A stretch of 33,872 nt of DNA, from positions 1 through 33,872 of the forward strand of contig CAZNZT010000011.1 in NCBI GenBank assembly GCA_964577685.1, written 5' to 3'. Below the pieces are notes generated by a model that saw only the letters and a list, made by a program, of their open reading frames with translations, had not been told where the DNA came from and searched no databases. How positions within the stretch are numbered: position 1 is the stretch's first letter; every line of letters starts with the position of its first letter. A program made the position numbers and the translations under genes. The DNA is from an uncultured Methanosarcinales archaeon (GTDB taxonomy: Archaea > Nanobdellota > Nanobdellia > Woesearchaeales > JACPBV01). Positions 27,833 to 33,872 of the stretch are shown here, one piece after another.

Positions 27833-27957
27833 TACGATGGTTGTGCTAATAATACAATATTTCAATCCTAACTTGAACCATAGATATACTAAACAAAGTA
27901 GAGAAAATATCTTGGATAACTAAAAAAGACTAAAAGATTAAGTTGAAAAATTAAAAC

Positions 27958-28413
27958 TCACAAAAACTTCTTTATTTTTTCTTTAAATTCTTCAATCTCT
28001 CCTTCCCCATAGGTGTTATGCTTCCAAGTTAGATTAAGTCTATCCCCATTAAACCTTGGAATTATATGAATATGGGCATGTGGAACTAACTGGCCAGCTG
28101 CTTTGTTATTATTCATCAAAATGTTAAACCCGTCACTGCCTAGTGCCGAAGAAATTGCTCTGCTAATCTTTTTAACAACAACAATTACTTTGCCTAATAG
28201 TTCATCAGGAATTCCGTTAATGGTTGTATAATGCTCTCTAGTTATTACCAAACAATGCCCTTTATTTGCCGGTGCTATATCTAAAAAAGAAATAATCTCG
28301 TTATCTTCGTAGATTTTGGCTGCAGGTATTTCTTCCCTCACTATCTTACAAAAAATACAATCTTCACTAGTTTTACCCTTCTTTTCCTTACCTATATGCA
28401 TTTGCTCCTGCAT
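27958..28413 (-). CDS. HIT family hydrolase
   Basis: DCIFCKIV, GHCLVI and histidine triad HAHIH; RBS GAGGTGA. Confidence 0.93.
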   Translation of the reverse strand: MQEQMHIGKEKKGKTSEDCIFCKIVREEIPAAKIYEDNEIISFLDIAPANKGHCLVITREHYTTINGIPDELLGKVIVVVKKISRAISSALGSDGFNILMNNNKAAGQLVPHAHIHIIPRFNGDRLNLTWKHNTYGEGEIEEFKEKIKKFL

Positions 28414-28435
28414 TTTTTCACCTCAAATATAATTG

Positions 28436-28921
28436 TTAGCTCTTCTTTAATTCTATAAACTCAACCTTATCATTATCTACATCTAATAATACGATTTTGT
28501 TTTCACAATTGTAATAGTGGGCTCCTGGATTAATTATTCTGGTCTTACCTATCCTCTCATCTTTTGTTTTATGGGTATGGCCAGTCAAAACATAATCATA
28601 CCCTCCACTAATAATCTGGTCTAACTTACCCTTATCTTTTCCATGATAGGCTATGATTCTCTTTCCATCATAATCAATCTCACCAACTTCCCCTAAGAAC
28701 TCACCACCTATTTCATCCAAGGCAACTTTCAGCTGCTCTAAATCGCCATCACAATTACCTTTGATTAGCTTTACATGTAACCCTCTAAAGAACCTAACAG
28801 TAGCAGGACTTACTACATCACCACAATGAACTACAAACTCTACATTATTCTTAATAAATATCTTAACAGCTAAGAGTACATTCTCAACATTATCATGAGT
28901 ATCAGATATGACTCCTATCAA
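28436..28921 (-). CDS. YfcE/MJ0936-family metallophosphoesterase
   Basis: SDTHDN, HCGD, GNCD, HG, GHTH and INPG; likely start TTG 28921 (or GTG 28930). Confidence 0.9.
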   Translation of the reverse strand: MIGVISDTHDNVENVLLAVKIFIKNNVEFVVHCGDVVSPATVRFFRGLHVKLIKGNCDGDLEQLKVALDEIGGEFLGEVGEIDYDGKRIIAYHGKDKGKLDQIISGGYDYVLTGHTHKTKDERIGKTRIINPGAHYYNCENKIVLLDVDNDKVEFIELKKS

Positions 28922-29164
28922 GTTATCCACCCAAGCAAGTACAGAGCTATACCGAGCTACATGGCATTGAACAAAAAGAGAAAAAAGGAACATTTTTATA
29001 AAACTTTTGTTAGCAGGATTCAGAGAGATTAAGAAACCACTTAAGAGGAGTACAACAACAGAATTATAAACATATAAACATATGTTCATAATAGAAACAG
29101 AAAATACTCAAATAAAAATAGAAATAAAAAAACCACTTGACACTTGCCATACAGACACGCAAGC

Positions 29165-29292
29165 TATATAAATAAGCTCTCTCTACTAATCCTTGTTGTT
29201 TCAAAAAACAACACCTCACCTGCCTGGAAGCTTAGTTCTTCCTAAATAAAGGTAGGTTGAAATAAAATCCGAATAGGAAAGAGGTGATTTAA
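29165..29292 (+). promoter_or_regulatory. Promoter and structured ~100-nt 5' leader of the small-protein/radA operon
   Basis: TATATAAA at 29165; hairpins 29194-29213 and 29218-29257; CACCTC (29212-29217) is complementary to the RBS GAGGTG (29281-29286). Confidence 0.5.
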
Positions 29293-29601
29293 ATGGAAGA
29301 AAATGGCAAAACTATGCCAGAAAAGAAGTTTAGTACAGGTGCCGTTTCGGCAACTGTATGGAAGAACATAGGCACAAACAAGAATGGAGCAACCGTAGAA
29401 TTTAGAACAGTAAAACTTGATAGGCGTTATAAAGACAAAGATGGAAACTGGCAGTCTACTTCTTCATTGAGAGTTAATGACTTGCCAAAAGCAGCACTTG
29501 TTTTACAAAAGGCCTATGAGTATCTTGTCCTAAAAGGACAAGATACCAGCCAAAATGCTGACGCTTCTGATGAGGAAGAAGAAGATGAAGTAGTGATGTA
29601 G
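29293..29601 (+). CDS. Small conserved protein, possible PC4/Whirly-like ssDNA-binding protein with an acidic tail
   Basis: PEKKF.G.VSATVWKN…RRYKDKDGNWQSTSSL…DLPKA; C-terminal DEEEEDE; strong RBS. Confidence 0.7.
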   Translation: MEENGKTMPEKKFSTGAVSATVWKNIGTNKNGATVEFRTVKLDRRYKDKDGNWQSTSSLRVNDLPKAALVLQKAYEYLVLKGQDTSQNADASDEEEEDEVVM

Positions 29602-29620
29602 TAAATAAAAGGTGATTCTA

Positions 29621-30613
29621 ATGAAAAAAGAGAAAAAATCAGAACAGGAAACAAGCTCAGAGTCAAATGAAAACAAAAAAGAAGAAAAGTCACTAAGAGA
29701 TCTACCAGGTGTGGGTCCTGCTACCGTAGAAAAGCTAGAAGCTGTAGGATATAGTGACATTATGGCAGTAGCAGTAGCAACTCCCGGGGAACTAGTAGAT
29801 GTAACTGGAATGAGTGAAAGCTCAGCAAAGAAAATAATCGCAGCCGCAAGATCATTTCTTGAGATGGGTTTTGAATCTGGTATTGACTTACTCAAAAAAA
29901 GAAATAAAATACAAAGAATATCAACAGGAAGCAAGGCTTTTGACGAATTAGTAGGAGGCGGATTTGAAACAGGAGCAATAATAGAATGTTTTGGGCCATA
30001 TGGTTCAAGCAAGACGCAACTTGCACATCAACTTGCTGTGAATGTGCAAAAACTAGACCCATCTGCAACAGCAGTCTATATTGATACAGAAAGCACATTT
30101 AGGCCCGAAAGGATTATGGACTTTGCAAAAGGGGCAGACTTAGACCCAGAAGAAACACTAAAGAGAATAAAAGTAGCAAGAGCATACAACTCAGACCACC
30201 AAATGCTATTAGCAGAAAAAATAGAAGACCTCATAAAAAAAGAAGGTCTAAATGTAAAGTTAGTTGTTGTTGATTCTCTGACAGCACATTTCAGAGCAGA
30301 GTTTGTTGGAAGGGGCACACTAGCTGATAGACAACAAAAACTAAATAAACATATGCATGTCCTATCAAAACTAGCAGATAGATACAACCTATGCGTCTAT
30401 GTAACAAACCAAGTAATGGCAAAGCCTGATGTATTCTTTGGTGACCCAACAGAAGCAATAGGCGGACATGTTGTAGCACACAACTCCACATTCAGAATCT
30501 ACCTAAGAAAAGGGAAAAAGGGAACAAGGGTTGCTAAATTAGTAGATGCACCAAACATGCCAGATGGAGAAGCAATTTTTATTGTAGGGAGAGAATCAAT
30601 AAAAGACGTTTAA
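29621..30613 (+). CDS. radA: DNA repair and recombination protein RadA
   Basis: N-terminal Hh[19 protein letters not shown] polymerisation motif, [17 protein letters not shown] and [27 protein letters not shown]. Confidence 0.96.
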   Translation: MKKEKKSEQETSSESNENKKEEKSLRDLPGVGPATVEKLEAVGYSDIMAVAVATPGELVDVTGMSESSAKKIIAAARSFLEMGFESGIDLLKKRNKIQRISTGSKAFDELVGGGFETGAIIECFGPYGSSKTQLAHQLAVNVQKLDPSATAVYIDTESTFRPERIMDFAKGADLDPEETLKRIKVARAYNSDHQMLLAEKIEDLIKKEGLNVKLVVVDSLTAHFRAEFVGRGTLADRQQKLNKHMHVLSKLADRYNLCVYVTNQVMAKPDVFFGDPTEAIGGHVVAHNSTFRIYLRKGKKGTRVAKLVDAPNMPDGEAIFIVGRESIKDV

Positions 30614-30679
30614 TTTTTCTTAATTTTTTTATTTTAATAGATGTTAAACTCAATAAATTTGAAGTCCTAAAAACAGACG

Positions 30680-30714
30680 AGGGCAGTTTTCCTATATTTA
30701 AGAAGGGGGCGTTT
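30680..30714 (+). repeat. Left bipartite inverted repeat of the island
   Basis: AGGGCAGTTTTCC (30680-30692) and GGGGCGTTT (30706-30714) are reverse complements of 33526-33538 and 33486-33494. Confidence 0.7.
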
Positions 30715-30719
30715 TGGGT

Positions 30720-31172
30720 TTATACCTTGGCAAGGCATTCGTTTAGATTAACAAGAATATCAGCACTTTGAATTTTAATTTGATTAAGGTTAAGAAAATT
30801 TAAAGAAAGTCCACTTAATGATTGAATTTTAGGAAGATAATTTATATTATGAACACAAATATTTCTAACTTTATTTACTTCTGAAATCTTTAACTTTAAA
30901 GAATCAGTTAGTAAATCTAATTGCTTTACAAGTTCATATTTTTTATTAAATGTAAAATTTTGAATTATTTTAATCAGGTTATTTCTTTTATCATCATCTT
31001 CAATAAAGAAGTATGAATAAAGTATCTTTTCCAGATAAAACTCTATTCTTGTATGCAGAGTTAGTAATAAATTCCTAAGATCATTAAAATTATTTAATTC
31101 GTCTACTAAAGATTGGAATAGTGAATTTATCTCCTCTGACTGTGATTTATTAAAATCATACTTAGAAACCAT
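30720..31172 (-). CDS. Predicted HEPN-superfamily protein (MtlR/DUF4145-like)
   Basis: Helical protein with H…E (HTRIE), F..K (FNKK) and an Rx4H motif RNICVH. Confidence 0.65.
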   Translation of the reverse strand: MVSKYDFNKSQSEEINSLFQSLVDELNNFNDLRNLLLTLHTRIEFYLEKILYSYFFIEDDDKRNNLIKIIQNFTFNKKYELVKQLDLLTDSLKLKISEVNKVRNICVHNINYLPKIQSLSGLSLNFLNLNQIKIQSADILVNLNECLAKV

Positions 31173-31173
31173 T

Positions 31174-32742
31174 TTATCTACATGTCCCTTGCGATTTTAG
31201 CATTTCGTACGTTTCGCATTCCCCATATATACTACATTGTTCTTTTACATCATCGCACAAACTTGCTGGAGCTCCTTCTATTATAGGGAATCCGCCTGAT
31301 GGCACATTTTGCCACTGTTTTGTTGCATCTTCTAGTTCTTTAAGATCTTTATAGATTGAATCACCATAGAAAGCAACATTTGCAATCCTATCTAATTTAC
31401 TGGATTCAAATCCTTCCCAATTAATTTTAGTGTAGGTTTCACGATTCATTGAGGTACGAGCTAAATATCTCTCTTGAGGGTGACCATAATCGTCGGTATA
31501 TTTTTCTTTTACAGTTGTTTGAACTTGGTATATTTTTGAATTAACTGGAAAGACAGCTTTGAAAATATCTGATGCATCAGACATTACCTGCAAATAATTA
31601 TCTACTAACCACACATCTTTAAAATAATAAGTAATAGAAACAACATACTCATCTGTTTGATTGTTATAATTGCCCAAATCTATGCTTATTATCCTGTCAT
31701 TAGGGATGATGCTATTAATAGCATTAGATAATTTACTTTTGAATTGATTAAATTGTTGTTGTTCTTCTATTGCTTTATCAACTACCTCTTTAATTTTCTG
31801 ATATGTTTCTCTTTCTTTTTGAATTGAATTATCATCATCTTGTCTTCTTTTTTCTAAATTGGCTGTTTCAGAAAACAATTTACCTGATTCCTCAATTAAA
31901 TCATTAATTTTCCAATAATCACCCTGTTTTTTCAAGATGTATGTGGATTCACCTATAGTTTCATTGATTTGAAAAGTATTGTCAAATGTAGTTTTATGCT
32001 TTACTTTAATTTTTATAGTATTATCTGTCTCTTCAATAGTTTCTTTTGATAAAACCTCAAATTCTCTCTTTATATTGTTCCATCTATTGAGGTTTTGAGT
32101 AATATTTCCACATACATCTTGTTTAAATATTGTTTTTGCTTGATTACAGGTTTTCATCCAATCTGAATTTAATAACTTTCTTTTAGTTAGATAGGATTCA
32201 TCAGTTTCTAATGATTCTAAGATTATACCACTGGCTAACTGTTTCTCAAAGCTAATTTTATTTAACCTATCGCTTATTCCTTTGTAATTAAAATATGAAA
32301 TGTATTTATCTAATACCTGTTCAGGTGTCATTTCTTTAAGATTTAATTTCTCTTCTTCAGCAAGAGTATCAGGCAATTCACTTGCCTTTTTTGAATCTTC
32401 TATTAACGAGATAGCAACAAAAAATAATACAATTAGAGTTATGACTTTAATCCATGTAGGAATGCGATAATTGAATTTTTGTTTTGCAAATTTATTAAAA
32501 TAAGGTAAAGCTATAAATATAGATAATGCTGATATTAATATAGATAAAAGACTCATAAAAGAAAATGAGGATAATGCGACGATAATTACAAAACCAAAAA
32601 AAATAATTGCTATAACCCTACCAACAGCTTTTGTATAAAATGGATCGTCTACTTCTTTCTCTTTATAAATTTTCTTCCCACATTTAATACAAAATTTTGC
32701 TTTATTTTTATTTTCTTTTCCACAAGATGGACAATGAATCAT
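31174..32742 (-). CDS. Zinc-ribbon membrane protein with a large soluble C-terminal domain
   Basis: CPSC…KFCIKCG, about three TM helices, then a long soluble region ending in a Cys cluster. Confidence 0.8.
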   Translation of the reverse strand: MIHCPSCGKENKNKAKFCIKCGKKIYKEKEVDDPFYTKAVGRVIAIIFFGFVIIVALSSFSFMSLLSILISALSIFIALPYFNKFAKQKFNYRIPTWIKVITLIVLFFVAISLIEDSKKASELPDTLAEEEKLNLKEMTPEQVLDKYISYFNYKGISDRLNKISFEKQLASGIILESLETDESYLTKRKLLNSDWMKTCNQAKTIFKQDVCGNITQNLNRWNNIKREFEVLSKETIEETDNTIKIKVKHKTTFDNTFQINETIGESTYILKKQGDYWKINDLIEESGKLFSETANLEKRRQDDDNSIQKERETYQKIKEVVDKAIEEQQQFNQFKSKLSNAINSIIPNDRIISIDLGNYNNQTDEYVVSITYYFKDVWLVDNYLQVMSDASDIFKAVFPVNSKIYQVQTTVKEKYTDDYGHPQERYLARTSMNRETYTKINWEGFESSKLDRIANVAFYGDSIYKDLKELEDATKQWQNVPSGGFPIIEGAPASLCDDVKEQCSIYGECETYEMLKSQGTCR

Positions 32743-32743
32743 T

Positions 32744-33202
32744 CTATTCACCTAACTCTTCATTTATTTTTTTAGCAATATTATACTGGTGAACTGCCCA
32801 ACCAATCCATAAAAATGGGGCTGCAATACCTCCTGTAATCGCAACAAGAATAATTCCAAAAATTAACCATGCAATACAAAGACCAAATCTCCTCACATAT
32901 AGATAACCAAAAGGACCAACAAGAATACCAAGAACTGCTGCTGTTCCAGACGATCTTTTGGTGGTGATTCCTCTCGTAATGTTGTAATCAGCTTTTGTCT
33001 TATTTAATCTAACACCACAACCGGGACATAATTCTGCATTTTTACTGATAAGTTTGCCACAATCTTTACACGGTACTAAATTCCCTTTCTTATCTTTTTC
33101 TTGTTTTGTTTTACTAATGATTTCTTTTAACTCTTTTCCACAGGATTCACAAAATTTTGCACCTGTTGGATTTTTTTCACCGCAATGTTTACAAGTAATC
33201 AT
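32744..33202 (-). CDS. Double zinc-ribbon protein with a TM2-like membrane domain
   Basis: CKHC…CESC and CKDC…CPGC, then SSGTAAVLGILVGPFGYLY TM region; RBS GAGGT. Confidence 0.82.
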   Translation of the reverse strand: MITCKHCGEKNPTGAKFCESCGKELKEIISKTKQEKDKKGNLVPCKDCGKLISKNAELCPGCGVRLNKTKADYNITRGITTKRSSGTAAVLGILVGPFGYLYVRRFGLCIAWLIFGIILVAITGGIAAPFLWIGWAVHQYNIAKKINEELGE

Positions 33203-33206
33203 ATTA

Positions 33207-33434
33207 TTACCTCTTATTAAAATATTTTTCATAATTTTTATTTAGCCAGAACTGGTTTTGTCTTCCCACTTTCTTATATTTTACTATCCCTTCATTAACC
33301 ATTTTTAGAAGATGAACTTGTGCCGTATTCCAAGATACTTTCAATTCTGCCGCAATGTCCTCTGTAGTAGAAGGCCAATCTGCTTTTTTCAAATAATTTA
33401 AAATTTTATCTCTAGTAGTTGTAATATCATTCAC
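33207..33434 (-). CDS. Small winged-helix transcriptional regulator
   Basis: RDKILNYL…STTEDIAAELKVSWNTAQVHLLKMVNEG…KKVGRQ. Confidence 0.8.
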   Translation of the reverse strand: MNDITTTRDKILNYLKKADWPSTTEDIAAELKVSWNTAQVHLLKMVNEGIVKYKKVGRQNQFWLNKNYEKYFNKR

Positions 33435-33485
33435 CCCCTATGCTATATCATAAGAGTAAACATAAATAACATATAAAGATTTCGC

Positions 33486-33538
33486 AAACGCCCCTTAATT
33501 CTCTTTATTTAAGAGCGCTTTGAACGGAAAACTGCCCT
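33486..33538 (-). repeat. Right bipartite inverted repeat of the island
   Basis: AAACGCCCC (33486-33494) and GGAAAACTGCCCT (33526-33538). Confidence 0.7.
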
Positions 33539-33800
33539 TTAATTCTTGTTCTTGATATAACGCTTCGCTTTCTAGATAGAACGGATTCAAATTTACTTTG
33601 AATTTTTCCTCCGCTTCGCTACGGAACGTTGCACTAAAATTCAGCCCTCGCGGGGAATATAACAGGAATTCCGATGTTAAATACAATAAAATTTCCATTT
33701 CTTAGAAAGGAAAAATGGGGGAGTTCGTCCTAACGGACATATAATCTGCTACGCAGAAATTTATATTTTTGAAGGGGGACAATTTTAAACTGAAAGGGGA

Positions 33801-33837
33801 GTTTCTTAATCTTCTGGGAAATATTCTTTATTGAAAC
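33801..33837 (+). CRISPR. Single CRISPR-like repeat (possible first repeat of an array beyond the window)
   Basis: 37 bp GTTTCTTAATCTTCTGGGAAATATTCTTTATTGAAAC with GTTTC/GAAAC ends; only one copy is visible. Confidence 0.3.
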
Positions 33838-33872
33838 AATATAAACAACTTGTAAATAAATTATTCTCTAAG

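Larger units (their letters stand above)
30680..33538. mobile_element. Putative acquired island bounded by inverted repeats (no recombinase in the window)
   Basis: Four tightly coupled minus-strand genes between the matching IRs, directly downstream of radA. Confidence 0.45.

Noticed and set aside
28922..29089. Long N-terminal extension of the phosphoesterase ORF (likewise the extensions at 352, 16987, 24863, 27272 and 33232)
   Set aside because: Family motifs, RBS and TATA positions favour the downstream starts.
29621..30613. Intein in RadA or in the DNA ligase
   Set aside because: Both proteins have normal length and contiguous motifs.
33495..33698. 67-aa minus-strand ORF
   Set aside because: It lies across inverted repeats and hairpins, with no motif or clear RBS.

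Overview
AT-rich archaeal chromosome segment, most likely from a DPANN archaeon (Woesearchaeota-like; inference). The archaeal call rests on Dph5, RadA, Hel308, ATP-dependent ligase, FtsZ2-type FtsZ, RPA, TATA/BRE promoters, intron-containing tRNAs and an archaeal-type SRP RNA. Housekeeping content: tRNA-Ile(GAT), tRNA-Arg(GCG, 13-nt intron), tRNA-Gln(TTG, 21-nt D-arm intron), SRP RNA, lig, ftsZ, dph5, rpa, radA and redox genes. Unusual content: (1) a ~9-kb run of 13 co-oriented genes, all starting with class III (pilin-type) signal-like N-termini. It includes two paralogues with internal Gly-rich hydrophobic hairpins, two defensin-like Cys-rich small proteins, a degenerate amidase_3-like member and an FN3-like member, and is a candidate host-attachment or membrane-penetration apparatus. 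(2) A GGDEF nucleotide cyclase, rare in archaea, with Asn at the guanine-specificity Asp position. (3) A Hel308 lacking its N-terminal ATPase domain. (4) Structured non-coding elements on both sides of ftsZ: a TTGGCGA hairpin-loop array upstream and duplicated anti-SD-like C-rich hairpins downstream. (5) A four-gene wHTH/zinc-ribbon-membrane/HEPN island bounded by bipartite inverted repeats after radA, followed by one CRISPR-like 37-bp repeat at the window edge. All calls come from manual motif reading; no database searches or folding programs were run.
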